Origin: an uncultured Polaribacter sp.
Lineage (GTDB): Bacteria > Bacteroidota > Bacteroidia > Flavobacteriales > Flavobacteriaceae
DNA: 64,000 bases
Reading direction: 5' to 3'
Assembly: GCA_938084845.1 (NCBI GenBank)
Contig: CALKEB010000001.1
Span: 14,948 to 78,947, forward strand
The translations under genes were made by a program, and so were the position numbers. Numbering within the stretch: the first letter of the stretch is position 1; each line of letters starts with the position of its first letter. This document shows, in pieces, positions 44,671-55,722 of the stretch. The notes below the pieces were generated by a model. The model ran no database searches, was not told where the DNA came from, and saw only the letters and a program-made list of their open reading frames with translations.

Positions 44671-47091
44671 TTGAAACTACAAAAGATTTTACCCTATACC
44701 ATAGCAATTCTCTTATTTATTATTGCAGCGTTGTTTTATTTTCATCCTGTATTAAAAGGACAAAAATTAGCACAATCAGATATTACCCAATTTACGGGTA
44801 TGGCTAAAGAAATTAAAGATTATAGACTAGAAAATAAGGCGGAACCTTATTGGACAGGGACCTCTTTTAGTGGGATGCCAGCCTATCAAATTAGCGCATA
44901 TTATCCTTATGACATTGTTAGGTCTTTGGATAAATTACTACGTTTTTTACCCAGACCTGCAGATTATACTTTTCTTTACTTTTTAAGTTTTTTTATTTTA
45001 ATGTTAGCAATAAAAGTACCATGGAGGTTAGCAGTGTTAGGGGCATTAGGTTTTGGTTTTTCTACTTATTTAATCATCATATTTATTCCAGGGCATAATG
45101 CTAAAGCTCATGCAATTGCATACATGCCACTTGTATTAGCGGGTGTATTATACGTTTTTCAAAAAAGATACATTTTAGGTTTTTTTCTAACTGGGTTGGC
45201 AATGGCTTTAGAGGTGTATGCGAACCATATTCAAATGACTTATTATTTAGGTTTCTGCCTTTTAATTTATGGTGTTGTTGAGTTAATTTATGCCGTTAAA
45301 GAAAAAGAATATTTCCGATTTATAAAACAAACAGTTGTTATTTTAACAGCAGTGATACTAGGTATTGGTGCAAATGCACCAAGACTTATGGCTATGAAAG
45401 AGTACACAGATTACAGTACTAGAGGCACATCTTATTTAACTGTTAATGCAGATGGTACACCAAAAGAAAAAAATCAAGGATTAGACAAGAATTACATTAC
45501 ACAATATAGTTACTCAAAATTAGAAACTTTCAATTTGTTTATCCCAAAATTTATGGGAGGAGGTACAGTTGAGGAGTTAGATAAAAGCTCTAATTTTTAT
45601 CAAGTAATAGAAAAAACAGCAGGAAAAAAAGTCGCAGATGAATACTCCAAACAAGTGTTTACCTACTGGGGAGATCAACCAATTATAGAGGCACCTGCTT
45701 ACATAGGCGCTGTCATCTGTTTTTTATTCTTTTTAGGGCTATTTTTAGTAAAAGGAAGGCTAAAAGAATGGCTAGTAGCAGCGACACTATTTTCCATTTT
45801 ATTAAGTTGGGGTAAGAATTTTGATAGTTTAACAAATCTATTCATCGATTATGTGCCACTTTACAATAAGTTTAGAGCAGTTTCCTCTATACAAATTATT
45901 GCAGAACTATGTGTTCCTATTTTAGCGGTCTTAGGGTTAAAGGATTTTTTTAGTACTAAAAAATCACTAGCTTCAAAAAAAGAAGCATTACAAAAAGCGT
46001 TGTATACTTTTTCAGGTCTTATTATTTTGGGGTTTCTATTGGCACACAGTTTTTCAACTTTTGAAGGATTAAGGGATGCTAGTTATAAAGATTTACCAGG
46101 ATTGCTAGATGCTGTCATAGCAGATAGAAAATGGATGTTACTTTCAGATACTTTAAAAACCCTTCTTTTTGTAGTATTAACTTTTGTTACTTTATGGTTT
46201 ACTTTAAAAAATAGGTTAAAACAGCGTACTGCAATTTTAGTGTTAGCCGTTTTTGTCTTAGTTGATTTGTTAACTGTAAATAAACGTTACCTAAATGACT
46301 CTAATTTTACTTCTTCTAGAAAAGTAGACAAACCTTTTGTAGCGACTAATGTAGACAAGCAAATAGTTAAAGATACTACTCATTATAGAGTTGCAAACTT
46401 TTCTGTAGATCCAATGCAAGATGCATCTACTTCTTATTTTCACCATTCAATTGGGGGGTATCATGCAGCGAAGATGTTGCGTTATAAAGAATTGTTCGAT
46501 TACCAAATCGCAAAAAATAACATGAATGTTTTAAACATGTTAAATACAAAATATTTTATAGTTCCTGGTAAAAACAATCAACTTCAAGTGCAACAGAATT
46601 CGGATCACTATGGCAATGCATGGTTTGTTAACGAAGTAGTACTTGTAAATTCCGCAGATCAAGAAATACAAATTTTAGATACTTTAGACCTCAAAAATAA
46701 AGCCGTTATTGATACTAGTTTTTTTGACATAAATAATAATTTGAATTTTAAAAGAGACAGTACTGCAGTTATTTCTTTAGACAGTTATAAGGTTAATGAA
46801 TTGTCATACAGCACAAGTGCAAAAAGTAATCAATTTGCAGTTTTTTCAGAAATATACTACAAAGAAGGGTGGAATGCCTATGTTGATGGAAATTTGATAA
46901 CCCACTATCGTGTAAATTATGTCTTAAGAGGATTAGAAATTCCTGCTGGAAATCATAAAATAGTGTTCAAATTTGAGCCGACAGTTATTCAGAGAGGAAG
47001 CATTATATCATTAAGTTCTTATGCGTTATTGGTTTTAATTTCTTTAGGATGTCTTATGTACAAGAAAAAAGATAGGCGATCTGTAGTATGA
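44671..47091 (+). CDS. YfhO-family polytopic membrane protein (putative GT-C)
   Basis: QSD, WTGTSFSGMP, NHIQMTYY, YNKFRA, GGYHAAK, FSEIYY..GW. Confidence 0.88.
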   Translation: MKLQKILPYTIAILLFIIAALFYFHPVLKGQKLAQSDITQFTGMAKEIKDYRLENKAEPYWTGTSFSGMPAYQISAYYPYDIVRSLDKLLRFLPRPADYTFLYFLSFFILMLAIKVPWRLAVLGALGFGFSTYLIIIFIPGHNAKAHAIAYMPLVLAGVLYVFQKRYILGFFLTGLAMALEVYANHIQMTYYLGFCLLIYGVVELIYAVKEKEYFRFIKQTVVILTAVILGIGANAPRLMAMKEYTDYSTRGTSYLTVNADGTPKEKNQGLDKNYITQYSYSKLETFNLFIPKFMGGGTVEELDKSSNFYQVIEKTAGKKVADEYSKQVFTYWGDQPIIEAPAYIGAVICFLFFLGLFLVKGRLKEWLVAATLFSILLSWGKNFDSLTNLFIDYVPLYNKFRAVSSIQIIAELCVPILAVLGLKDFFSTKKSLASKKEALQKALYTFSGLIILGFLLAHSFSTFEGLRDASYKDLPGLLDAVIADRKWMLLSDTLKTLLFVVLTFVTLWFTLKNRLKQRTAILVLAVFVLVDLLTVNKRYLNDSNFTSSRKVDKPFVATNVDKQIVKDTTHYRVANFSVDPMQDASTSYFHHSIGGYHAAKMLRYKELFDYQIAKNNMNVLNMLNTKYFIVPGKNNQLQVQQNSDHYGNAWFVNEVVLVNSADQEIQILDTLDLKNKAVIDTSFFDINNNLNFKRDSTAVISLDSYKVNELSYSTSAKSNQFAVFSEIYYKEGWNAYVDGNLITHYRVNYVLRGLEIPAGNHKIVFKFEPTVIQRGSIISLSSYALLVLISLGCLMYKKKDRRSVV

Positions 47092-48278
47092 AAATAGGCA
47101 TGATACTTGATGCTAGTTTTCCTCCTGATCCAAGAGTAGAAAATGAGGCAGTTTCTTTAGTTGATAATGGGCACGAAGTATTTTTATTTTGTTTGTCGTA
47201 TTCTAAAGCGCTTAAAGATGAGCAAATACAAGGCATATCTGTAAAGCGATACCTTTCCAATACGTTGGAGTATAAATTATCGGCTTTAGCGTATACAGTT
47301 CCTTTTTATACGCTTTTGATGCAGCAAAAAATTCAAAAATTTATCAAAGCAACTCAGGTTAGTGTCCTTCACATTCACGATATAAAAATCGCACAAGCAG
47401 TTTTTAATGCCAATAAAAAATGGAATTTACCCGTAGTTTTAGACTTGCATGACAACCTTCCAGAGGTAATGAAATTGTATCCTCACTTACAAAAGTTTCC
47501 TGGAAAGTATATCATTTCTCCAAATAAATGGAAACTAAAAGAAGAGGAGTTTATAAAAAAAGCAACAAAGGTAATAACCGTTTCCCCCGAGTTTATAGAA
47601 AGCCTTGAAAAACGATTGCCTTTAGAAAAAAATAAGTTTGTTTTAGTGCCCAATACCATTAGACCTTCTTTTTATGAAGATTTTACTTTAGATGAACATA
47701 TAATACATCGATATAAAAAACATTTTGTTTTGCTGTATTTAGGAGATACTCATGTAAGAAGAGGTTTACAAACGGCTATAGCAGCTATTCCTAAGTTAAA
47801 AGAAAAAATACCCAATATTAAATTAGTAATTGTGGGTAAAAATACCACAGATGTAATTTTAAAACAACAAGTAACTGATTTAGAAATTCAAAATTATGTG
47901 GACTTTGAGGGTTGGCAAGATGTGGCTCTTTTTCAATCTTACATTAATGCTAGCGATGTCTGTATTTCACCACTACATAGAAATTTACAGCATGATGTTG
48001 CTTATGCAAATAAGATATTTCAATATATGAGTTTTGCAAAACCAATTTTAGTCAGTAATGCAATAGCCCAAGCAAGATTGGTTCATAAAATAAATTCTGG
48101 GTTAGTGCATAAGGGAAAAGACATAAAGGATTTTACTCTAAAAGTTCTGCAATTGTTTGAGGATAAAAATTTAAGAGCACAATTAGGCGAAAATGGAGCA
48201 ATTTTCATAAAAAATGAATTTTCTTGGCAAATTACCTCTAAAAAACTCCTACATTTATATGATAATTTTCAAGTTTGA
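47088..48278 (+). CDS. GT4-family glycosyltransferase
   Basis: DPRV, HIHD, NKIFQYM..KPI. Confidence 0.88.
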   Translation: MKIGMILDASFPPDPRVENEAVSLVDNGHEVFLFCLSYSKALKDEQIQGISVKRYLSNTLEYKLSALAYTVPFYTLLMQQKIQKFIKATQVSVLHIHDIKIAQAVFNANKKWNLPVVLDLHDNLPEVMKLYPHLQKFPGKYIISPNKWKLKEEEFIKKATKVITVSPEFIESLEKRLPLEKNKFVLVPNTIRPSFYEDFTLDEHIIHRYKKHFVLLYLGDTHVRRGLQTAIAAIPKLKEKIPNIKLVIVGKNTTDVILKQQVTDLEIQNYVDFEGWQDVALFQSYINASDVCISPLHRNLQHDVAYANKIFQYMSFAKPILVSNAIAQARLVHKINSGLVHKGKDIKDFTLKVLQLFEDKNLRAQLGENGAIFIKNEFSWQITSKKLLHLYDNFQV

Positions 48279-49534
48279 AAGTATTAATACTCACATATTA
48301 TTGGCCTCCAGCAGGGGGTTCTGGCGTGCAGCGTTGGTTAAAATTTGTAAAGTACTTGCAAGATTTTGGTATAGAGCCTATTGTGTATACGGTTGATAAC
48401 GCGAATTACCCTAAATTGGATTCTTCTTTAGAAAATCAAATCTCAGATGATATTACAATTTTAAAACAACCCATTTGGGAACCTACAGACTTATTTTTAT
48501 CAAGAAAAAACACATCCTCAAAAACGACTATAGCAAATAGTACTAAGAATGGGTTTTTATCGTTTATTAGAGGGAATTTTTTTATTCCAGATCCAAAAAT
48601 ATTTTGGGTAAAACCTTCTGTAAAGTATTTAAATAACTATTTAAAAAACAACGCTATAGATGTCATTATTTCCTCTGGTCCACCTCATAGCATGCATTTA
48701 ATTGCAAAGAAACTAAAACAGAAACATCAAATCAAATGGTTAGCAGATTTTAGAGATCCTTGGACAAATTTATATTACAACTCAGACTTTAAGCAATTAA
48801 ATTTCATTAAAAAATGGAATAAAAATTTAGAGCACAGTGTATTAAGTGCTGCAGATTGTGTCTTAACCGTAAGTAACACATTACAGAAAGAATTTTCGAG
48901 CTCTTCAAAAAGAGTAGAAGTAGTTGCTAATGGTTTTGATGATGAAGTTTTTTTAGATACAACCGATCAGTTAGATCAAAAATTTACAATTTCATACATA
49001 GGTTTATTGCCCAAACAAAGCAATCCTAAACTACTTTTTAAAGTGTTGCAAGAGTTAATAAGAGAGAATGCAATTTTTAAAAAAGACCTACAGCTTAATT
49101 TTATTGGAGACATTGCAGATGAAGTAAAGCAAGAAATACACACATATGGTTTAGTTTCAAACACTAATTTTAAAGAATATGTGTCGCATAAAAAGGCAAT
49201 TGAATTTCAAAAGAAAGCTCAAGTGTTGTTATTATTAATTCCTAATGTGCAAAACGCAAAAGGTATTTTAACAGGGAAACTTTTTGAATATTTAACTTCA
49301 AAAAGACCTATTTTAGCCATGGGTCCTAGAAATGGAGATTTATCAACTATTCTAAAAGAAACCAATGCCGGAGATGTTTTTTCATATTCTGATAAAAATG
49401 CATTAAAAAATAAAGTTATGGACATGTATCAAGCCTATAAAAAAGACAATTTACATAGCACCACAACTAATATTGATCAATTTCATAGAAAGCAACTAAC
49501 TCAAAAATTAGCACAAATCATTAAATCACTCTAA
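48275..49534 (+). CDS. GT4-family glycosyltransferase
   Basis: YYWPPAGGSGVQRW, SGPPHS, DFRDPW, GKLFEY. Confidence 0.88.
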   Translation: MKVLILTYYWPPAGGSGVQRWLKFVKYLQDFGIEPIVYTVDNANYPKLDSSLENQISDDITILKQPIWEPTDLFLSRKNTSSKTTIANSTKNGFLSFIRGNFFIPDPKIFWVKPSVKYLNNYLKNNAIDVIISSGPPHSMHLIAKKLKQKHQIKWLADFRDPWTNLYYNSDFKQLNFIKKWNKNLEHSVLSAADCVLTVSNTLQKEFSSSSKRVEVVANGFDDEVFLDTTDQLDQKFTISYIGLLPKQSNPKLLFKVLQELIRENAIFKKDLQLNFIGDIADEVKQEIHTYGLVSNTNFKEYVSHKKAIEFQKKAQVLLLLIPNVQNAKGILTGKLFEYLTSKRPILAMGPRNGDLSTILKETNAGDVFSYSDKNALKNKVMDMYQAYKKDNLHSTTTNIDQFHRKQLTQKLAQIIKSL

Positions 49535-49535
49535 T

Positions 49536-51026
49536 ATGGGTATTGTATTAAAGCAATCTTTTAAAAATACGCTATTTATTTACCTAGGCTTTGCCTTTGG
49601 AGGTGTAAACACCTTGTTTTTATACACTCGTTTTTTGCAAGACGAATACTATGGTTTGGTTACTTTTTTATTGTCATCTTCAAATTTATTAATGCCCTTA
49701 ATTGCGCTTGGAATACATCATACCATTGTTAAATTTTTCTCAAGCTATTTTACCAAATCAGAAAAAGATAAGTTTTTAACTTCGGTTCTGTTCTTGCCTC
49801 TTTTGATTGCAATCCCTATGGGATTTTTAGGTAATTTCTTTTACGATCAAATTAGTACGTACTTATCTGAAGAAAATCCTATTATTAAAGACTATACGTT
49901 TGTGATCTACCTTATTGCGTTTACCTGTGCTTATTTCGAAGTTTTTTATGCTTGGGCTAAGGTGCAATTCCAATCTGTATTTGGTACTGTTTTAAAAGAA
50001 TTATGGAATAGAGTAGTTGTAATGATATTATTATTTGCAGTCTATTTTGAGCTCATTTCAAAACCTGAATTTATTTATTATTTAACAGGGGCCTATTTTT
50101 TACGTATGTTGGTAATGATGGTGTATGCTTTTCGCTTATACTTTCCTAAATTCACCGTATCGAGACCTGAAAATTTTAATGAAATAATACGTTTTTCAGT
50201 GTATATTATTTTAGCGGGTAGTGCAGGAGCTATCATTTTAGATATCGATAAGTTTATGATACCTGGAAAAGAATCTTTAGAAAAGGCGGCCTATTATGCT
50301 GTAGCTGTTTTTATAGGTTCCTTTATTGAGGCACCTAGCAGAGCCATGTTAAATATTTTACAACCACTAACTTCTAAAACATTAAATGAAGAGAACCATA
50401 AAGAGGTTGCTTCACTTTATAAAAAAAGTTCTATTAACTTATTATTGATTAGTGGCTTCTTTTTTATTTTGGTGAATGCTAATATTCATCAACTTTTCTT
50501 ACTGTTACCGTTAGAATATGCAGGTGGAGCTTTAGTTGTTTTTATGATTTCGTTATTAAAAATGTACAATGGATTTTTAGGTAATAATGGCGCAATTATT
50601 AATAACTCTAAATATTATAGGGTTACTTTACCCTTTAGTTTAGCCATGGCTTTTTCGGTGTATTTTTTGAATACGTTATTTTATTATCATTTAGAAATGG
50701 GTACAGATGGATTAGCGTTAGCAACTTTAATTGTAATTTTTACTGCGAATACAGGTAAAATATTCTTTGTAAAAAGTAAATTTTCTATGACCCCATTTAC
50801 ATCAAAAACGTTAACAATGTTTTTTGTTATTGGTAGTATGTATTTATGTTTTAGTTTTTGGGATTTTCATATTGGAGAAATTTATTTTCTTGATTTCCCT
50901 GTTCATCCAATTGTAGGGATTTTATTAAAGAGTATTTTAATTACAATTGTGTATTTGTTTCTGATAATAAAACTTTCAATATCTGATGATGTTTCAAGGA
51001 TTCTTAAAAAACTCCAAAAGAGTTAA
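49536..51026 (+). CDS. Wzx/MOP-family flippase
   Basis: MGIVLKQS start, many TM helices, DIDKFMI. Confidence 0.85.
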   Translation: MGIVLKQSFKNTLFIYLGFAFGGVNTLFLYTRFLQDEYYGLVTFLLSSSNLLMPLIALGIHHTIVKFFSSYFTKSEKDKFLTSVLFLPLLIAIPMGFLGNFFYDQISTYLSEENPIIKDYTFVIYLIAFTCAYFEVFYAWAKVQFQSVFGTVLKELWNRVVVMILLFAVYFELISKPEFIYYLTGAYFLRMLVMMVYAFRLYFPKFTVSRPENFNEIIRFSVYIILAGSAGAIILDIDKFMIPGKESLEKAAYYAVAVFIGSFIEAPSRAMLNILQPLTSKTLNEENHKEVASLYKKSSINLLLISGFFFILVNANIHQLFLLLPLEYAGGALVVFMISLLKMYNGFLGNNGAIINNSKYYRVTLPFSLAMAFSVYFLNTLFYYHLEMGTDGLALATLIVIFTANTGKIFFVKSKFSMTPFTSKTLTMFFVIGSMYLCFSFWDFHIGEIYFLDFPVHPIVGILLKSILITIVYLFLIIKLSISDDVSRILKKLQKS

Positions 51027-51151
51027 AAGTCTTACACCTACTAAGAAAATTACTTGAAAGTTTTAATACTTGTTTCACACCAAAAAGTAGGTTTTTATGA
51101 ATTGTGTTTGAAGTTTTTTGCACTAAATATTAAAATTAAAACCAAAAATAG

Positions 51152-51748
51152 TTATAGGTAGCTTATTGCATTGGGGCCCTCCATAAAAAGCAAGTCCAAG
51201 ATGGATAAGTTTTTTATAAAACCATGTTTATCATCAAACATCTGAATATATTTTTTCATGTTTTTGGAGGTCTTATTTTTTCGATCTGCTAAATGTCTAA
51301 AATCTTTTAAAGTTGTGTTATTTTGATAAGAAGTTGTTTTCTTAAAATCCAAATCTAATTGTAAAGTCTCTTTTATAAATAGAAAGGTATCTATGTTTAC
51401 ATCGTGCAAAAATTTATATTTTTTATGAAATATTGGTGCAATTTCATCCTCTAAAAAATCAAAAAAAGGAGAGGTTCTATAAGCCGATTGTAATGATTTA
51501 AAATGTTGGTCTTGCCAGGGAAAGTCGTTTTCTACAAGAGTATCTTTTGTTTTTTTTCTGCCATTTAAGGCAGTGTGTTTAACGGGAATACTAAGCAGTT
51601 GTTTTCCATTAGCATTATAAATGTAACATCTATTTCTATAGCTTTGTTTTTGAAAATTATCTTCCATTTCAAAGATAATTTGCTCAGACTTTACAATTTC
51701 TGCATACTGGGAAATAGGAGAGAAGTAAGTAGGTATAAATAAAGACAT
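51152..51748 (-). CDS. WbqC-family protein
   Basis: KQSYRNRC, LSIPV, AYRTSPFF, LSILDLLFMEGP. Confidence 0.88.
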   Translation of the reverse strand: MSLFIPTYFSPISQYAEIVKSEQIIFEMEDNFQKQSYRNRCYIYNANGKQLLSIPVKHTALNGRKKTKDTLVENDFPWQDQHFKSLQSAYRTSPFFDFLEDEIAPIFHKKYKFLHDVNIDTFLFIKETLQLDLDFKKTTSYQNNTTLKDFRHLADRKNKTSKNMKKYIQMFDDKHGFIKNLSILDLLFMEGPNAISYL

Positions 51749-51770
51749 GGAATGTTTGTTCTTAAAAGGT

Positions 51771-53468
51771 TCACTTTTTCCTTTTTTTCCCTTTTGTATA
51801 ACTCCATAGACTATAAATACCTATAAGAATAAACACAAAGTACCTATAAGAAACCGGTTCTCCATCTCCATGAACGGTAGTAAACATTCTATTCCATCGT
51901 ATAGACTTTATTTTTTCTGAAAAGGAAGGTGCATTTGCATCCCAGCTAAACCAAATCATTACAGGTTTTCCTAGTACATGATCAAAAGGCACATAACCCC
52001 AGTAACGTGCGTCTAAAGAATTATGTCTATTGTCTCCAATGAGGTAATAATAATCTTGTTGAAATGTGTAAGATGAAACTTTTTGGCCATTTATAAAAAT
52101 ATCATCTCCATTAACCATTAGATCGTTATGCTCATAATTCTTAATAATTTGCTCATAAAAAGGCAATGATTTTGAATTTAAAGTAACTGTAGCCCCTTTT
52201 TTAGGAATGTATATAGGGCCAAAATTATCTTGACTCCATCCCAATTCTTTTACATGTGGAAAAATGGCTTCGTCTGCATCGTGATTTATTTTTTTAACAG
52301 ATATTGTCAGAGGATATTTTTTAAGACGAGCAGCTTCCTCACTGGTCATGTTAATGTTTATTTTATTTTCAACATTACTCATTTTAAGACGCTGTGCAAA
52401 CTGAGGGTTTATGCCTCCTGCTACCTCAGTATACAAGGAATCTTCGCCTATTTTAGTTAAACTACCATTTTCTTTAATTGCTTCTTGTACCTTTTTGTTG
52501 TTCCAGTATTCAGAAAGTATTCTATACACCCCTGTTCTTTCTTTACTTAATAAGAATTTTGGAAAAGAACTTTGACTAATAGGTTCTTTACATTCAAATG
52601 TGTAATAAAATTGAAGTTTTGCTCTATAAGGTAAAGTATTCTTTTTACCGTTAATGTAAATATATCCATTCCTCATTTCTAAAGAATCTCCTGCAATTCC
52701 GACTGAACGTTTTACATAGTTTGTTTTTTTATCAAAAGGCTTGTAGGTAAATTTCCCAGAAGTATCCCCCCACATTGTAGCTAAAGAATCTGCAGGCCAA
52801 TTAAAACAAACTATATCATTATTCTTTATTTTTTGAAGTCCAGGTAAACGTGTATAGGGTAGTTGTGGACTTTGTAAATAGGATTTGCTTCCAGTAAATG
52901 GTAATGAATCATGTACCATTGGAGCTGCAATTACTGTAGATGGAACTCGAGCTCCGTAATGAAATTTACTTACAAATAAGTAATCACCTACCAGTAAAGA
53001 TTTCTCTAACGAAGAGGTTGGTATAGTAAATGGCTGCATAAAATAAGTATGCACTAAGGTAGCAGCAATAATAGCAAACGTAATAGAGCTTACCCACTCT
53101 CCAAATTCAGAACGTGGTTTTAAACTTCTCTCAGAATTGTAAGTTGCATCTGTAGCGTAGTTTACATAATAGATATAGAAACCTAGTGTACCAATTACAA
53201 GTAACGAATCTATTTTTTTATAAAAGCCAAAAGTTCTAATTGTTTCTATCCATAGTATTGGAAACATTAATAAGTTTACAACTGGAATAAATAACAAAAG
53301 TACCCACCATTTTGGGCGTTTAATAATATGCATTAAAATAATTGCATTATAAATAGGCACTAAGGCTTCCCAAGATTTTCTTCCAGCTTTTTTATACAGT
53401 TTCCAAGTACCAAAAAAATGAATAATTTGTATTACTAAGAAGAATAAGAACCATTGAATAAATGTCAT
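51771..53468 (-). CDS. lepB: signal peptidase I with N-terminal membrane extension
   Basis: IPTSSLEKSL..GD, YVKR, GDNRHNSLDAR.WG. Confidence 0.94.
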   Translation of the reverse strand: MTFIQWFLFFLVIQIIHFFGTWKLYKKAGRKSWEALVPIYNAIILMHIIKRPKWWVLLLFIPVVNLLMFPILWIETIRTFGFYKKIDSLLVIGTLGFYIYYVNYATDATYNSERSLKPRSEFGEWVSSITFAIIAATLVHTYFMQPFTIPTSSLEKSLLVGDYLFVSKFHYGARVPSTVIAAPMVHDSLPFTGSKSYLQSPQLPYTRLPGLQKIKNNDIVCFNWPADSLATMWGDTSGKFTYKPFDKKTNYVKRSVGIAGDSLEMRNGYIYINGKKNTLPYRAKLQFYYTFECKEPISQSSFPKFLLSKERTGVYRILSEYWNNKKVQEAIKENGSLTKIGEDSLYTEVAGGINPQFAQRLKMSNVENKININMTSEEAARLKKYPLTISVKKINHDADEAIFPHVKELGWSQDNFGPIYIPKKGATVTLNSKSLPFYEQIIKNYEHNDLMVNGDDIFINGQKVSSYTFQQDYYYLIGDNRHNSLDARYWGYVPFDHVLGKPVMIWFSWDANAPSFSEKIKSIRWNRMFTTVHGDGEPVSYRYFVFILIGIYSLWSYTKGKKRKK

Positions 53469-53547
53469 GTCTAAAATTTTATTTTCTTTTACAGGAAAAG
53501 AAGTTTAATCTTTTATTTGGCGCAAAATAACAAAAAAGTTACAGTAT

Positions 53548-54249
53548 TTATGAGATGTTTAACACATCTTTCATTGTAAATACTCCTGTTTTATTCAAAA
53601 GCCACTCTGCAGCAACTACTGCTCCTAAAGCAAAACCTTTTCTATTGTGTGCTGTATGTTTAATTTCTATAGCATCTACATCAGAATTGTATTCAACAGT
53701 ATGTGTGCCAGGAACGTCTGGTATTCTTTTGGCAACAATTGGTATCGTAGTTTCTGATTCACTTTTATCTAATGCCCATTTTTTTTGATCTGTTTCAGAG
53801 ATGATACTTTCTGCTAATGTAATTGCAGTTCCACTTGGTGCATCTAATTTCTTAGTATGATGAATTTCTTCCATAGCAATAGAATAATTGTCTATTTTAT
53901 GCATCATTTTTGCCAGTTGCCTATTCAGTTCAAAAAAGATATTTACACCCACACTAAAGTTAGAGGCGTAGATAAACCCCCCTTTTTTAGCCTCACAGAT
54001 AGCAACTGCTTTTTCGTATTGATCTAACCAGCCAGTTGTTCCAGAAACAACAGGAACTCCGTTATGAAAGCAATTGGTAATATTTTCAAAAGCAGAGGAA
54101 GGGATACTAAAATCTATAGCAATATCTGCTTTAGTAATGTCAATTTGAGTGTTGTCTTCTTTACGAATAACAATTTCGTGACCTCTAGAAATTGCAATTT
54201 TTTCAATTTCTTTTCCCATTCTTCCATATCCTAAAAGTGCAATTTTCAT
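53548..54249 (-). CDS. dapB: 4-hydroxy-tetrahydrodipicolinate reductase
   Basis: GYGRMG, GTTG, EIHHTKKLDAPSGTA. Confidence 0.96.
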   Translation of the reverse strand: MKIALLGYGRMGKEIEKIAISRGHEIVIRKEDNTQIDITKADIAIDFSIPSSAFENITNCFHNGVPVVSGTTGWLDQYEKAVAICEAKKGGFIYASNFSVGVNIFFELNRQLAKMMHKIDNYSIAMEEIHHTKKLDAPSGTAITLAESIISETDQKKWALDKSESETTIPIVAKRIPDVPGTHTVEYNSDVDAIEIKHTAHNRKGFALGAVVAAEWLLNKTGVFTMKDVLNIS

Positions 54250-54834
54250 TTAAAAGTTGTATTTGATTGTTAAGCCTACAGTAGGTGCGTCAAAAGAGAT
54301 TGGATCTTGAATTATAGTAGGTCTAAATGTTAGATTATCATCTGTATTAAATTGCATTAAATGAGCATTTACACTTGCTTCTACGATTTGTAGTATATAA
54401 ATAATAACTCCAGATAATAAAGATAAATCTCTATTCTCTCTTAACTGCTTTTGTGCTGTTTCTAAAGTTTGTGTAGATATGGTTTCTACGCCATTAATTG
54501 TGAACTCATCTTGCAATCCATTTTTTCTTAATCGATAAGCTCTTCTAAATCTTCCGTAATCAGAATTATTTATTTGATAATAATACATTGGTATGGCTAG
54601 TGCACCCCAAACTATTGGTGCTTTCCAGTATTTCCTATTATACATTTGGCCTAATCCAGGAAAAATAGCTGAATAAAAAGCGGCTTTAGAGGGTGCTAAA
54701 GGGTTGTAAACATCTTGTGAAGATTTAATTTTGTCTTTAACTTTTTTTACAGGTGCTATTGAATCTCTCTGTGAATACAAATTCATAGAAAAAAAAGTAA
54801 TGATAAAAACAACTATTAAATTTTTTAGTAACAC
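54250..54834 (-). CDS. DUF5683-family protein
   Basis: PSKAAFYSAIFPGLGQMYNRKYWK, EASVNAHL. Confidence 0.8.
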   Translation of the reverse strand: MLLKNLIVVFIITFFSMNLYSQRDSIAPVKKVKDKIKSSQDVYNPLAPSKAAFYSAIFPGLGQMYNRKYWKAPIVWGALAIPMYYYQINNSDYGRFRRAYRLRKNGLQDEFTINGVETISTQTLETAQKQLRENRDLSLLSGVIIYILQIVEASVNAHLMQFNTDDNLTFRPTIIQDPISFDAPTVGLTIKYNF

Positions 54835-54835
54835 T

Positions 54836-55720
54836 TTATTCGAGTAGTTTTTTTATTCTATTAAAATCTTCTTCAGAATGAAAAGGAATAGTGATTTTTC
54901 CTTTTCCATTAGCGTTCACTTTAATATCTACAGGATGGCCAAAAAAGGCGTTAAATTTTTTGGTATTATTTTTTACAAAAGTAGGAATTGATTTTTTCTT
55001 AGGTTTAGTTTTTGTTTCTCCTTTTAGCGCTTTTACTAAATCCTCTGTTTGTCTTACAGATAGTTTTTCGCGAAGTATTTTTTCGTAGATATGTAATTGA
55101 TCTTCTGTGTTTTCTATGTTAATCATAGCCCTACCATGTCCCATAGAAATGAAACCATCTCTTATACCTGTTTGTAAAATTGGGTCTAATTTTAAAAGAC
55201 GTAAATAATTGGTGACTGTAGACCTTTTTTTACCAACTCTAGTACTTAGTTCCTCTTGGGTTAGGGCTATCTCTTCAATCAAACGTTGGTAAGAAAGTGC
55301 AACCTCTATTGGGTCTAAATTTTTACGTTGTATATTTTCTACCAATGCCATTTCTAGCATTTCTTGGTCATTTGCAATTCGTATATAAGCAGGTATGGAT
55401 GTATTGCCAACTAATTTAGAAGCTCTAAATCTTCTTTCACCAGAAACCAATTGAAACGAATTATCTGGTAATTTACGTACTGTAATTGGTTGTATAACTC
55501 CTAGTTCTTTAATTGAATTTGCCAATTCTTTTAGGGCCTCTTCATCAAAATAAGTTCTTGGTTGATAGGGGTTTACTTCAATTTTACTTAGTTCTATTTC
55601 TATAATAGAACCGACTAATTTATCAGCATTTTTATCATGTGCAGAACTACGATTAGGACTATCTTGTAACAGCGCAGATAACCCTCTTCCTAAAGCTTGC
55701 TTTTTAGTTGCTTTTGCCAT
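54836..55720 (-). CDS. parB: chromosome partitioning protein ParB
   Basis: LGRGLSALL, NPYQPR, GERRFRA, ENIQR, HTH. Confidence 0.96.
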   Translation of the reverse strand: MAKATKKQALGRGLSALLQDSPNRSSAHDKNADKLVGSIIEIELSKIEVNPYQPRTYFDEEALKELANSIKELGVIQPITVRKLPDNSFQLVSGERRFRASKLVGNTSIPAYIRIANDQEMLEMALVENIQRKNLDPIEVALSYQRLIEEIALTQEELSTRVGKKRSTVTNYLRLLKLDPILQTGIRDGFISMGHGRAMINIENTEDQLHIYEKILREKLSVRQTEDLVKALKGETKTKPKKKSIPTFVKNNTKKFNAFFGHPVDIKVNANGKGKITIPFHSEEDFNRIKKLLE

Positions 55721-55722
55721 AA

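Noticed and set aside
51071-51086. parS-like TGTTTCACACCAAAAA near parAB
   Set aside because: Only 12/16 match to TGTTTCACGTGAAACA and not palindromic; one half-site only
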